Source of the DNA: Pseudomonadota bacterium
Lineage (GTDB): Bacteria; Desulfobacterota; Desulfobacteria; Desulfobacterales; JBDRRP01
Length of the DNA stretch: 64,000 bases
Assembly: GCA_043825735.1 (NCBI GenBank)
Contig: JBDRRP010000040.1
Span: forward strand, 62,001-126,000
Direction of reading: 5' to 3'
Part shown: piece after piece, positions 37,327 to 47,513 of the stretch
How positions within the stretch are numbered: the stretch's first letter is position 1
Layout: each line of letters starts with the position of its first letter
The notes under the pieces: generated by a model
Databases searched by the model: none
The model's input: the letters and a program-made list of their open reading frames with translations, nothing else
Told to the model about the DNA's origin: nothing
Position numbers and translations under genes: made by a program

Positions 37327-39957
37327 TTACCCCGAAAACACTTGCAGCAATTCAACCAGGGTGGTTTCAGTTGCCTCGATGGCCTCCGCGTCATCGGCGC
37401 TGCGAATTCCTGCCCGGTTGAAATACTCCACGGCATTGGTGAGGTTGGGCGCCAGCAGCGCTTCGCTGCATTCAATGCGCTGCTGTTTGAAAAGCTGCAA
37501 ACCGGTGGCGTGGATGTGCTTGTGGTCGATCTGTTTTTTTGCTTTTTCCGGTTTCAACCCCTTCAGGTGCATGAGCGCCACCCAATACGATTCCAGAAAC
37601 GGCCGGATCATCCCGGCAAAGTATGCCAGTTTGCGGTGGCCTGATGCGGTCAGCTGATAGGTGTCGGGTAGTGTGGGGTGGGGCATGAGAATGGCATCGT
37701 CGATAAATGCCTTGACGGTTTTACGAACCGTGTAGGCGGGGGGGTGGTCCTGGGTGAAGGTGAATTCCCCGGCAAACATGTCCGCCAGAAAGCCGTAGCC
37801 CACGTGAAGGGCTTCGGTAGAGAACTGGAAGCTTTCCTTTCGCATGATGAGCACTGCCGTTAACGCCGCTGGAACGAAGTGGTTGATGCAGTTGTTTTTG
37901 TAGTAGGCCAGAATGGTGCGCTTGGTGGTATTTATACGGTAGGACACCGCCTCTTCCAGTGCCTCCGGCGGCGCAGTGGGGGCTTCGATCAGTTTCCGGT
38001 GAATGTAGTCTGCCAGTGCGCTGTCGATGGCACGCTTGGGGTCCATCTGCAGCGTATCGGCCAGGGCGATGTCACGGCTGTTCATGTGTGCCAGGTAAGC
38101 GCCAATGGCAAATGAAATCTTTTTTCGGGTCACGGCCGGTCGGGATTTTGCCAGCAGGGCGCAGGCTGCCAGTGCGTGGGGGGTGACCACCGATTCTCCG
38201 CTGATGGCATGCATTACCCGCTCGCCCAGAGTGCGGCTGAACCGGTTGATGTCCTTGCTGGTCATTTCCGTGAGGGATGTCCCCTCCGCCGAGAGCAGAT
38301 CACTGAGCGCCGCCGGGCGGGCGAACCGGACATAGATGCGCCCGTACCGGCGTTTGAGCAGTTTTCTTGCCCCGATGAGCCCCCGTAGGCTTTCCGGCTT
38401 TTTTTTGCCCCCTTCCGCTTCGCTCAGATATGCGGTTTCTTCAGGAACCCGGTCGTAGCCGATAGACACCGGCACCAGGTTGATGTCCTGACAGGCGCCG
38501 TCCTTTACGGCATTGATCAGCATGGCCAGCATGCCGGCCTGAGGCGGCATCAGTTTCCCCGATCGGCTGCGCGTGCCCTCGATAAACACTTCCACGTGGT
38601 GACCTTCCTTTAGAATCCAATGAATGTATTCGGAAAGGACCATGGCATAAAAGAAGGCCCCCTTGAAGGAGCGGCGCACGAAAAAGGCTCCCAGCCGGCG
38701 GAAGAAAATTCCCATGGGCCAGAAGGCCATGTTTTTCCCGGCGAAAATCAGGGGCGGTGAGAAATGGTTGTCATAGAGGGTCGCCGACACCAGCAGTGAA
38801 TCCAGGTGGCTGCGGTGGCAGGGTAAGATGATGAGCGGCCCCTTCAAAGAGGCCTCTTTTAGTTCGGCCATCCGTTCGGTGTTCACCGACAGCCCGTCAA
38901 AGAGCTGGTTCTGGAGCCAGTGCACCAGCCGCAGGCCGATTTCCACAACCATCGGGGTGGGGCGTGCGGCCAGCTCGTCGAGATAATTCATGGCCTCAAG
39001 ACGGGCCTTGTACAAAGAAAGCTTGCGTCGGTTGGCATACCGGGCCATGAAGTGCTGCAGCCGATCTCCGGTGAGGATGTCCTGACTTAGTTCCAGGTGG
39101 GTCTTTTGAATGGGTCCGGTAATGCTGCGCCGGTGCCGGTTGACCTGTTTCAATAGGTCTCTTCTGAGCATCAGGGCCTGCACGCCAAGGTCCAGCCCCT
39201 GATAGTCCGGTTGCTGCAGGATCTCTTTCAGCCACACCGGTTTGGACATCTCGAAAAAGGTTTTTTGCGGTTTTCGCAAAATCGTGGTCAACCGCCGAAG
39301 CACCCCGGGTTTTTGCTCGGGACCGAATATCAGGTCCACCAGGGTGGGCTGGGAGGGCAGGGGGGTGCGCCCGTAGAACATCAGCATGGGGATGATAATG
39401 ACCGGTCGATCCGTTTTCTGCTGGAGCGCCAGCAGGAAACGCAGGGGGTCCGGGCCGGATTTGACAAAACGCCGGATGAACTCGTGTTTTTGCACCAGAG
39501 ATATGAACGCACCGTCGCCTTCCAGAAGGCGCTCTTCGTAGAATCCGTTGGTGTAGGGGTCTTGCCGGTGGTGGTGCTTCCAGACATATATCAGGTGCGC
39601 AACCACGATGCGCAGGGTCTGTGCCAGTGGCTGGAGAAAGAACACGCGATAGTTGAATCCGATGGACGGATTTGTCAGGCCGGCAGCCTTAAGCCGTGTG
39701 TGGTAGAGCATGTACTCGAATCGGCTCCGGTGCTTGTTTACAAAGGCCACCACGGCATCGGGGGGCAGACTGCGGAGCAACTCTTCCTGGTGAGAATCAA
39801 ACCGGACGCCGGCAAACAGCCGCCGGAGCAGAAATCCGCTGAGACCCCCAAAGCGCTTTGGCAGGCAGGTACTGTAGTGGGCCAGAGACCCGTGCAGAAA
39901 CCGGTCGAGCCACTGGCGGGATCCGGGGTGTCGAATTTTTGGTAATAGGGTCATCAA
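37327..39957 (-). CDS. plsB: PlsB-like glycerol-3-phosphate acyltransferase
   Basis: HRSHLD, GAFFVRR, FIEGTRSRSG, VPVSIGYD. Confidence 0.88.
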   Translation of the reverse strand: MMTLLPKIRHPGSRQWLDRFLHGSLAHYSTCLPKRFGGLSGFLLRRLFAGVRFDSHQEELLRSLPPDAVVAFVNKHRSRFEYMLYHTRLKAAGLTNPSIGFNYRVFFLQPLAQTLRIVVAHLIYVWKHHHRQDPYTNGFYEERLLEGDGAFISLVQKHEFIRRFVKSGPDPLRFLLALQQKTDRPVIIIPMLMFYGRTPLPSQPTLVDLIFGPEQKPGVLRRLTTILRKPQKTFFEMSKPVWLKEILQQPDYQGLDLGVQALMLRRDLLKQVNRHRRSITGPIQKTHLELSQDILTGDRLQHFMARYANRRKLSLYKARLEAMNYLDELAARPTPMVVEIGLRLVHWLQNQLFDGLSVNTERMAELKEASLKGPLIILPCHRSHLDSLLVSATLYDNHFSPPLIFAGKNMAFWPMGIFFRRLGAFFVRRSFKGAFFYAMVLSEYIHWILKEGHHVEVFIEGTRSRSGKLMPPQAGMLAMLINAVKDGACQDINLVPVSIGYDRVPEETAYLSEAEGGKKKPESLRGLIGARKLLKRRYGRIYVRFARPAALSDLLSAEGTSLTEMTSKDINRFSRTLGERVMHAISGESVVTPHALAACALLAKSRPAVTRKKISFAIGAYLAHMNSRDIALADTLQMDPKRAIDSALADYIHRKLIEAPTAPPEALEEAVSYRINTTKRTILAYYKNNCINHFVPAALTAVLIMRKESFQFSTEALHVGYGFLADMFAGEFTFTQDHPPAYTVRKTVKAFIDDAILMPHPTLPDTYQLTASGHRKLAYFAGMIRPFLESYWVALMHLKGLKPEKAKKQIDHKHIHATGLQLFKQQRIECSEALLAPNLTNAVEYFNRAGIRSADDAEAIEATETTLVELLQVFSG

Positions 39958-40145
39958 TGGACCTTGTGATTTCTTTGCTGCAATTTCCCAGAGATCATAG
40001 CAAGACGCGCAGTCAGCTGTGCCACAACCGGTTTGAACGCCGGGATGGCAGCGCGCGGATGGTGACAGCGCCTGCCATCGGATACCGACCGCGAAACCGG
40101 ATGTCCCGCTGACCGTGGGTATTAGCCGAAACCGCCGGCTTGTGC

Positions 40146-40290
40146 AATGTCGTAAAAAGTCAGTTTTTTTGTTTTACGCTTATGTAGAAATCACCAGTTA
40201 GCCTTTTTCCACAGTGATCTTGAACCACGGAGTCACAGAGGACACGGAGATAATATAACCAAAATCAACAGCTTTTGAGTTTCGCCGTGG
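40146..40290. repeat. Decayed MITE end and CACGGAG-type repeat
   Basis: cgtaaaaagtc; ccacagtgatcttgaaccacggagtcacagaggacacggag resembles 1937-1977. Confidence 0.65.
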
Positions 40291-40447
40291 CGATCAACAT
40301 GTAGTCGGTAACACTGGCCTTTGCGACGTCTAAGAATCCATCAGCCTTTTCCCGGAGCCCGTTTATCCGTTTCCTTGACACCCGGCGCATGATCTAGGAA
40401 AGTGCCCTCCATTGAAAGCCATTTGTTAACAGGAGCACAACCTCACT

Positions 40448-40837
40448 ATGGAAAGCCGGGAATACTGCATCACCATCCAGGTGTTTTACGAGGATACCGA
40501 TCATTCGGGTGTGGTGTATCACGCCAATTACCTGAAATATTTCGAACGCGCCCGGGAGCATGTCATCGGTGCCGAGACTCTGGTCAGACTGTGGAAGGAT
40601 GCGGGTATGGGGTTTGCCGTCTATAAGGCCGACGTGGCCTTCCATGACGGGGCCGAGTTCGGCGATCTGCTCGAAATCCGTTCCCGGTTCCGCCAGGACA
40701 GCGACTACCGGCAGGTGTGGCACCAGGAGGCTTGGCGCCCCGGCGGTAAAAAACCGGCCGTTTCTGCCGACATCCACATGGTCTGCCTGGGCCGCGACAG
40801 AAAGCTCATTCCCATCCCGCCGCTGACGTATCCCTGA
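40448..40837 (+). CDS. ybgC: YbgC-like acyl-CoA thioesterase
   Basis: YEDTDHSGVVYHANYLKYFERAR. Confidence 0.85.
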   Translation: MESREYCITIQVFYEDTDHSGVVYHANYLKYFERAREHVIGAETLVRLWKDAGMGFAVYKADVAFHDGAEFGDLLEIRSRFRQDSDYRQVWHQEAWRPGGKKPAVSADIHMVCLGRDRKLIPIPPLTYP

Positions 40838-40891
40838 TCCTGCAACCTGTTGCCGCCCCGAATCGATTCAGCCCGATTGAAGGGTTGCCGG

Positions 40892-41160
40892 GATGCCCTT
40901 GAAAAAGTCAGAATCTCTCGCAAAGATCGGTGGGCCCGGTGACATTGTGATCACCACGGAGTCACGGAGAGCACGGAGAAAAACAAAAATGACTGATTTT
41001 GTGTATAAAATCTCCGTGTCCGCCGTGACTCCGTGGTTCAACATCTTTTCGTCATCCCGGACGAGTGAAACGAGATCCGGGATCCAGTAATTTCAAGCAC
41101 TTCCGGACCCCGGCCTTCCGCCTTCGCCAAGGCTTCGCCGGACAGGTTGCAGGGATGACG
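40892..41160. repeat. Stacked repeats: MITE left end, CACGGAG palindrome, GTCATCCC...GGGATGAC REP-like hairpin
   Basis: gatgcccttgaaaaagtc; caccacggagtcacggag/ccgtgactccgtggt; cgtcatccc (41050)...gggatgacg (41160). Confidence 0.75.
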
Positions 41161-41185
41161 GGCGTTGGGGCCTTTTCCGTCAGTA

Positions 41186-41238
41186 TTGACCGATCCGCCG
41201 ATATGAATTAATGTGATGCATCAATTGATGATATTTAT
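41186..41238 (+). promoter_or_regulatory. TA promoter and probable operator
   Basis: TTGACC-N17-TAATGT followed by palindromes TGATGCATCA and CATCAATTGATG. Confidence 0.65.
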
Positions 41239-41263
41239 TTGATGTCAAAATGCAGGAGCCATA

Positions 41264-41494
41264 ATGAAAGCAATCAGTCTTCGTAATGTGCCTGAAAATG
41301 TCTATGCCGGGTTGCAGATCATGGCCAAACAAAACCGAAGAAGCCTTCAGGAGCAGATCAAACTGATTCTCGAGCAGGAGGTCAAACTGGCCAACCGATC
41401 CTTTTTGGCCACTGCCGCCAAATGGCGCAAACGGTTTGAGAACTGTGAGTTGGATGATACCGTAAAAGTCGTGCGCGAGGATCGCCAGCGATGA
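41264..41494 (+). CDS. FitA/Arc-like ribbon-helix-helix antitoxin
   Basis: ISLRNVPE...A.QNRRSL; ATGA overlap with toxin. Confidence 0.85.
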   Translation: MKAISLRNVPENVYAGLQIMAKQNRRSLQEQIKLILEQEVKLANRSFLATAAKWRKRFENCELDDTVKVVREDRQR

Positions 41495-41895
41495 TCGGGG
41501 TTGTGGACACCTCCGCGCTGATCCGGTTGTTCCTCCCCGATGGTCCTTTGCCGGAGGGTTTCGACGAATTTCTCCGTGGCGTCGAAAGGGGGATCAACCA
41601 AGCCATTGCACCGGAACTGCTGATTGCCGAAGCTGCCAATGTGATAAACAAAAAACGAAAATCAGGTGTGCTTAACGACCAGGAAAGCGAACAGCTTTTC
41701 AATGACCTGCTTACTGTACCCATCCGTCTTTTTGCCCACAGACCCATTGTCGTGCGTGCGTTCGAGATCGCGCGGGAAAATGATTTGACCGTGTACGACA
41801 CGCTTTACCTGTCCCTGGCCGATGAACACGGTGCAGTTCTTTTCTCTGCTGACGACAAACTGATGAAGGTCGCGCAGCGATTGGGGTTGCGGTAG
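41491..41895 (+). CDS. vapC: VapC PIN toxin
   Basis: VDTSA, EAAN, LTVYDTLYL, SADDKL. Confidence 0.9.
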   Translation: MIGVVDTSALIRLFLPDGPLPEGFDEFLRGVERGINQAIAPELLIAEAANVINKKRKSGVLNDQESEQLFNDLLTVPIRLFAHRPIVVRAFEIARENDLTVYDTLYLSLADEHGAVLFSADDKLMKVAQRLGLR

Positions 41896-42206
41896 GTATC
41901 GTGGCCCTTCTCTTGGTACCGTCAGTTTCAAAAGCAAGTCCTTATCACGATTACACGCTGCAGCCTCAGTTTATTGGCAATACTGCTCGATTCTGATTTC
42001 AAAGACATACATGCAGTTTGGGCGAATTTGCGATATCGGCAAGATATCGTAGCTCCTATAATAAATTCTAATATGAAACCCTGTTAATTACTTATAGGGA
42101 AGCGCTATCATCATATGAATACGGGCAAAATGGTGCTATATGTGTGTTCTTATAATATTGAAACAGTATCAATTTTAGGAAAAATGAGACTCAATAAGGA
42201 GTCAGT

Positions 42207-43016
42207 ATGGAGTTAGCGAGCCATAGAGAAATTCAAGAGATTCAAGTTAATAAGATCTTGCGTCTTTTGGGCTATATGGCTATTCCCATTCTTTTGATTA
42301 ATCTATCCCGGTTTTTTATTGTTGGATGGTTGTTTTCTTTTAATATATATATAATTGCAACGCTTTTTATCCTCATCATCGCGTTTAATGTAACTAAATT
42401 GCCCTATTCTTTTAAAGTCTCTTTCTTATTGTTTCTTTTTTTGAGCTTCGCCGTTTCACAGGGGATAGATTTTGGGATGGTTGGCTTTATGGCTGAGTTT
42501 TTATTATTAACTGTTTTTCTCAGTGTGGTTTTTTTGCATAGAATAGCCGCCATTTTTATGTATGTGGTATGTGGCCTTGTGTGTGCCTGCAGCGCGTTTT
42601 TATGTATAACGGGCGTCCTCCCACTGGTTCTTGATTTTGAGAAGCAAATAAATACGATTCCCTCATGGTCGAGTTTTCTGGTAACTTTTTTATTTATGGC
42701 AAGCATTATAATTTTAATTGCCGGGGATATAGGCAACCTTCTTGCAGAAAAAATAGACACACTTGAAGAAACGAATGCTGAGTTAATGAATATTATTAAA
42801 GAAGTAACAATATTGCAGGGAATTTTACCGATTTGTTCAAAGTGTAAAAAGATCAGAGATGATAAAGGATACTGGTATCAAGTAGAATTATATATTGAAA
42901 GACATTCTGAAGCTAAATTTAGTCATAGCTTATGCGAGGAATGTTCTGAGATACTATATGGTAACGAGGAGTGGTATATAAAGGGAAAAATAGAAAAGGA
43001 GAAAATGAATTTATAA
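42207..43016 (+). CDS. AT-rich multi-TM protein with C-terminal Cys/His motif
   Basis: About 6 TM segments, LPICSKCKKIRDDKGYW...FSHSLCEEC; AAGGAG upstream. Confidence 0.8.
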   Translation: MELASHREIQEIQVNKILRLLGYMAIPILLINLSRFFIVGWLFSFNIYIIATLFILIIAFNVTKLPYSFKVSFLLFLFLSFAVSQGIDFGMVGFMAEFLLLTVFLSVVFLHRIAAIFMYVVCGLVCACSAFLCITGVLPLVLDFEKQINTIPSWSSFLVTFLFMASIIILIAGDIGNLLAEKIDTLEETNAELMNIIKEVTILQGILPICSKCKKIRDDKGYWYQVELYIERHSEAKFSHSLCEECSEILYGNEEWYIKGKIEKEKMNL

Positions 43017-43198
43017 CAACTATTTATTACAAGCTATGAAAAGGCAGTATCCCAAAATGCAGGCCAGCAAGGAATGCCCTGTTTTTACCCGCTCGTGATT
43101 TCGAACCGGAGAGAAGGGAGAGAAGGGGACGCCCTAAACTTCTTAACTTTAGGCTATTAGCCTTGTCAATCTGCCCCACGCCTCATACGGGGGGAGTT

Positions 43199-43257
43199 GG
43201 GGACGCCCTTAAAATATAAAGTTCGTATCGCCAAGTTTAAATTTTAAGGGCGTCCCC
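43199..43257. repeat. 59-bp REP-like palindrome (empty copy)
   Basis: Perfect 17-bp arms GGGGACGCCCTTAAAAT/ATTTTAAGGGCGTCCCC; extra half-site near 43125. Confidence 0.88.
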
Positions 43258-43275
43258 ATTACCCCCCATTACCCA

Positions 43276-43563
43276 GATCGCGGAGACGACATCGATCTAA
43301 TTATCCTTGACCTGATCATGCCGGGGATGGACGGCGCGAAGGCATTCGATCGTATTCGTGAAATAAGGCCCGGGATCCCGGTGCTGCTCTCCAGCGGGTA
43401 TGCCATCAACGGCCAGGCCACGGAGATCATGCGAAGAGGGGGCAATGGGTTCATCCAAAAGCCGTTTTCGATCGCCGATCTGTCACAACAAGTCAGAAAA
43501 ATACTCGACGAGGTGAACCCGGCGGCCCTGGAGCGCCCGCAGGATCAAAGCGGCACGAGCTGA
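43276..43563 (+). pseudogene. C-terminal half of a receiver domain
   Basis: Frame reads DRGDDIDLIILDLIMPGMDG...LSSGY...FIQKPF; N-terminal acidic pocket missing. Confidence 0.75.
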
Positions 43564-43630
43564 TCAGCGCACCTCCGGGGTGATATCCGGTTCGCTCACT
43601 GGGCAAGAGAAGAACACCTTCGCTGCCTTA

Positions 43631-45112
43631 TCAGATGGCGCTTTCGATGGCTGCCAGCAATGTCCGGACGATGGTTATGCGGGCGTGCAACTTGTCGTTT
43701 GCCGACACCAGGGTCCAGGGTGCGTCGGGGGTGCTGGTGCGGTCGATCATATCCGCTGCCGCTGCCTGGTAAAGATCCCACTTTTCGCGGTTTCGCCAGT
43801 CCTCCTCCGTGATCTTGAAGTGTTTGAACCGGGTTTTTTCCCGATCCTTGAAGCGTACCAACTGCTCTTCCTGGCTGATTTGGAGCCAGTACTTGACCAC
43901 GATCGTCTTTTCCTTGGCCATCTGCCGTTCAAAGTCGTTGATTTCCGAATAGGCCCGCATCCAGTCGGCTTCCGAGCAAAATCCTTCCACCCGTTCCACC
44001 AGCACCCGCCCGTACCAACTGCGATCGAAGATGGTAAAACGCCCCTTGCGGGGTACGTGACGCCAGAACCGCCACAGATACGGCTGGGCCCGTTCTTCGT
44101 CGGTGGGCGCGGCGATGGGGACCACTCGGTACAGGCGTGCATCGAGAGAGGCCGTCACCCGGCGGATGCCGCCGCCCTTGCCGGCGGCGTCCATTCCCTC
44201 GAAGACGCACACGACCGAGTGTTTCTGAAATGCCGGCTTTCGGGTGAGGACCGCCAGGCGGGCCTGGAGCCGCTTGAGTTCTGACTGGTATTTCTTTTTC
44301 GATATGGTAGCGGCTAGATCCATGGCGTCGAGCACGTGGCGGTTGTCCACCGGCTGGACCAGCGGGGGTGCTTCGCTGCGGCGGGCGCGGCGATCGGTCT
44401 TTTGGGCCAGACGCTTTCGCATGGCCTCCAGCAGGGTTTTGCCGACGGTGACGGATCGATACGCCGCATCGACCCCTTCCACGACCAGCCAAGGGGCGTG
44501 ACCGGTGCTGGTATCGCGCAGGACCGGTTCGCAGATGCTTCGAAACCGGTCATAATGCTTGAAAAAATCCCAGTCGCGCTGAGTGATGCGCCAGCTTGTC
44601 AATGGATCCGCCGCCAGCGCTTTCAGGCGACGGCGCTGGTCGTCCTTGGACAGATGGAACCAGAATTTAAGAATCAGTGCGTTTTCGTCGGCCAGCATTT
44701 TTTCGAACCGGTTGATTTCTACGACGGCGTCTTTGAGATCGGAGCGCGTGTTTCGTTTGAACACCCGATCCGTGATAGGCGCGGTGTACCAGGACCCGAA
44801 GAGGATACCGATCTTTCCCTTGGGCGGCATGGCTCGCCAGTAGCGCCACATCGGGGGGCGCTCGCGCTCTTCGTCCGTGGGATTGTCAAAGGCGATGGAA
44901 GTGATATGACGCGGATCCATCCACTCGTTGAGCAGGTTGACCGTGGCCCCCTTGCCGGCGCCGCGGACCCCGGAAATCAGGATGATGACCGGAAATGTGC
45001 CGTTGGCCGAGAGTTCATACTGTGAGTCCAGTAGATCGGCGCGCAGGTCTGTTTCGATTTTCTTGTACTCGGCCTTGGAAAGCGAGTGTCCCAATTCGGC
45101 TGATGCGAACAT
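43631..45112 (-). CDS. pap: Two-domain PPK2, polyphosphate:AMP phosphotransferase
   Basis: GVRGAGKG and EGMDAAGKGG P-loops, FDRSWYGRVLVERV. Confidence 0.93.
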   Translation of the reverse strand: MFASAELGHSLSKAEYKKIETDLRADLLDSQYELSANGTFPVIILISGVRGAGKGATVNLLNEWMDPRHITSIAFDNPTDEERERPPMWRYWRAMPPKGKIGILFGSWYTAPITDRVFKRNTRSDLKDAVVEINRFEKMLADENALILKFWFHLSKDDQRRRLKALAADPLTSWRITQRDWDFFKHYDRFRSICEPVLRDTSTGHAPWLVVEGVDAAYRSVTVGKTLLEAMRKRLAQKTDRRARRSEAPPLVQPVDNRHVLDAMDLAATISKKKYQSELKRLQARLAVLTRKPAFQKHSVVCVFEGMDAAGKGGGIRRVTASLDARLYRVVPIAAPTDEERAQPYLWRFWRHVPRKGRFTIFDRSWYGRVLVERVEGFCSEADWMRAYSEINDFERQMAKEKTIVVKYWLQISQEEQLVRFKDREKTRFKHFKITEEDWRNREKWDLYQAAAADMIDRTSTPDAPWTLVSANDKLHARITIVRTLLAAIESAI

Positions 45113-45684
45113 GGTATCCTCCCTTGCAGTGGCGGTGCCAATGCATCTTCATTAGGATTCGGTTCAGGTATCCGATAGCCGGCACATCCGTGTGGCGGCG
45201 AAGTTCTTGAAATACATCACTTGGATGGATCCGCTTGAGCGGTCGATGAGGGGGGGCCTGGTTTTCATGAGGATGCGGTCGGTGTGCGGGCCCACCGATA
45301 CGGTGCGCGCCTGATCGGCGGTACAGGCCATCTTCCCGAATCATTCGGGAGGCGGTAAAAACCTGCTTTTCAGCATGCATGCTGCCTCCCATCTCAAATT
45401 GTGCATGGGTCTTGCCGTTGCCAAAAGAGGTGAGCGCCCCAGTGAATGAACTCACTATCTGCGGTTTTGAGTGTTCTGTCAATATGGTGATCAGCCGCCG
45501 ATACCGTGATAGTTGCGGCAAACAGCATCGATCGATCCATTGGCTCGCCTATCATGACGCGCGAAAGCTGAATTCCGGCGCAGCGAGACACGCTTTTCAC
45601 AATACCCTCCTTTGCGGATTCATGGAAGCCGGCCATCAGGAATCGCCGAAGGCGCCGCCTGCCCGTTTGACATGCAAAATAGCC

Positions 45685-45734
45685 TCAAAATAGGGTCGCA
45701 CCAAGCCATATCAAAATAGGGTCGCACCAAGCCA
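45685..45734. repeat. 24-bp direct repeat, two copies
   Basis: TCAAAATAGGGTCGCACCAAGCCA at 45685 and 45711. Confidence 0.9.
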
Positions 45735-45846
45735 AGTAGATGTAATCACGATAAAAGATAAGAAAATACCACCAAGAAACGGGCCAATAATGAGTTTTTT
45801 GATGCTAAAAAAAGAGGATATAGAGGAGTTCGGGACGGAGGAGTTC

Positions 45847-46043
45847 GGGACGCCCTTAAAATATAAAGTTCATATCGCCAAGTTTGATGGCCATGTAAAA
45901 AGTCCGAAATAACCACAGAGGACGCAGCGAGCGAAGAGATAACTGACTGATTATTAATGATATTCTCTGCGGTTCTCTGCGTCCTCTGTGGTTCAAAATC
46001 ACTTTTTACGGTTTCATCAAGTTTAAATTTTAAGGGCGCCCCC
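45847..46043. repeat. REP-like palindrome interrupted by MITE copy 3
   Basis: Matches 43200-43257 once 45886-46024 is removed. Confidence 0.88.
45886..46018. mobile_element. 133-bp MITE, copy 3
   Basis: GATGGCCATGTAAAAAGT...ACTTTTTACGGTTTCATC flanked by AAGTTT on both sides. Confidence 0.92.
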
Positions 46044-46118
46044 ATTAACCCCTATCTCCTCCCGTGAACGGTTACCTTTTTCGCTTTGAGTAACATAATT
46101 CACCAAGGCAAAATCAAG

Positions 46119-47513
46119 TTACTTCCCTTCGGGTCGCATCAGATCGAAGTCGATTGTGAATTCTGTCACTTCATCCTTAAGGTCATCGGTGCGGACGCTT
46201 AGTGTCTGTTTGTCCTTCAGTCTTTTGTCCCGCACTGTTCCTGAAAATGGTCCGAATTGCCGTTCGAGCGGCATCGAAAAAGTCTGTTTCTCAGTCTTCG
46301 GTTTCTCGTTCGGAATGGCGCAGACACCGTTAGCGGTGACGGTTTTGGTAAATTTCTTGGTGCCTTCTTTGGAAACCGCCCGGACCGATACCTTGTAAGT
46401 GCCGTTTTTGGAGAAATGCAGGCGGATGGTGGCGTCCTTGTTGTCCGACTTTGCCGCCTTCATCGACCAGGTGCTAGTGTCAAGCCCCTCCACCGCCCCG
46501 GTCAATCCGGTCTCTGACTTAACCGATTGAGACCCTTTCTTCCCGGAACTGCACTGATAACAGCCTGACACTTCTTCATAGACGAACTTGGCGGTCACGG
46601 TTCCCTTCATCGTTCCGTCAGTATCGGGGTTGCCAAGACGGTTGAATTGCCAGCGATAATCGCCCTCAGAAGTGGCACTTTGTGATTTCCGGCTCTGTCG
46701 GTCCCCGCCGTTGCAATATTCAGAATAGGTGTCCTCCTGCGCCTGCTTGCGTTTGGTGATGGCCTTGACTTCAACCTTTCCCCTAAACGGGCAGACTTCA
46801 TTGTCTTCAGACTTCTCGTCCGATGCATTACTGACAAAAGCATCGACAAGTTCGCCGGTAATCCTCCTTGTATCGGCCAGCGCTTTTTCTACAGAGGGGT
46901 ATATTTTGTTCTCTTCATAGAAAACACCTGACCTTTTTGCCCAGAATTTACTCAATGCGCGGACTCTCAGGTTGACGCCGATCAATTTATTCACGGATGC
47001 AACCACAAACACGTTGTATTTCGCGTCGCTCAAGGTCTGGAATTCATCAAGCTTTTCCTGCAGAGATTTCTGAAAAGCCGCCTCTTCTTCTGCAGTTGTG
47101 TATTCGTGTCGGTCCATAATATCTCTATACTTGGCATCTTGTAGCCACTTTTCGCCTTTGGGGCCGACAAATTCCATTCGTTTCAACGCGGCGAGCGCCT
47201 TTTTTGTTTCCCCTGTAGTGAAAATTTTCAGGCAGGGGAAATCCTTTGCTAACGCGCTTTTGATTTCACCTGCAGTCTCTTTCAGCAGCCAGGTGACTTC
47301 AGGGGACGACTCTTTTTTTTCTCGTTTTTGGTTGTCCGCTGAGGGGGGAGGCTCCTGATTCTGTTTTGCCCTGCTCGAAGGCTTTCTCACGTTTTGCGGC
47401 AGGCTGTCATAATCGGTTTCCGAGATGTGGACGACATCATTTAGATATGCGGAGGCATCTTCGTGGACTGCCGCTGATAACAGGATCACGAGTAGAATAA
47501 GTAGCTTCTTCAT
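46119..47513 (-). CDS. Secreted hypothetical protein
   Basis: MKKLLILLVILL signal peptide, Lys/Thr-rich beta-like C-terminal half; ATGA overlap with LRR gene. Confidence 0.8.
   Translation of the reverse strand: MKKLLILLVILLSAAVHEDASAYLNDVVHISETDYDSLPQNVRKPSSRAKQNQEPPPSADNQKREKKESSPEVTWLLKETAGEIKSALAKDFPCLKIFTTGETKKALAALKRMEFVGPKGEKWLQDAKYRDIMDRHEYTTAEEEAAFQKSLQEKLDEFQTLSDAKYNVFVVASVNKLIGVNLRVRALSKFWAKRSGVFYEENKIYPSVEKALADTRRITGELVDAFVSNASDEKSEDNEVCPFRGKVEVKAITKRKQAQEDTYSEYCNGGDRQSRKSQSATSEGDYRWQFNRLGNPDTDGTMKGTVTAKFVYEEVSGCYQCSSGKKGSQSVKSETGLTGAVEGLDTSTWSMKAAKSDNKDATIRLHFSKNGTYKVSVRAVSKEGTKKFTKTVTANGVCAIPNEKPKTEKQTFSMPLERQFGPFSGTVRDKRLKDKQTLSVRTDDLKDEVTEFTIDFDLMRPEGK

Noticed and set aside
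45015..45521. 168-aa minus-strand ORF upstream of pap
   Set aside because: Overlaps the pap start in another frame and has no recognisable motif
45515..45590. c-di-GMP-I riboswitch
   Set aside because: GGCAAAC present but no GAAA tetraloop stem or receptor, and no co-oriented gene downstream
45685..45734. CRISPR array
   Set aside because: Only two units with a 2-nt gap, no spacers and no cas genes
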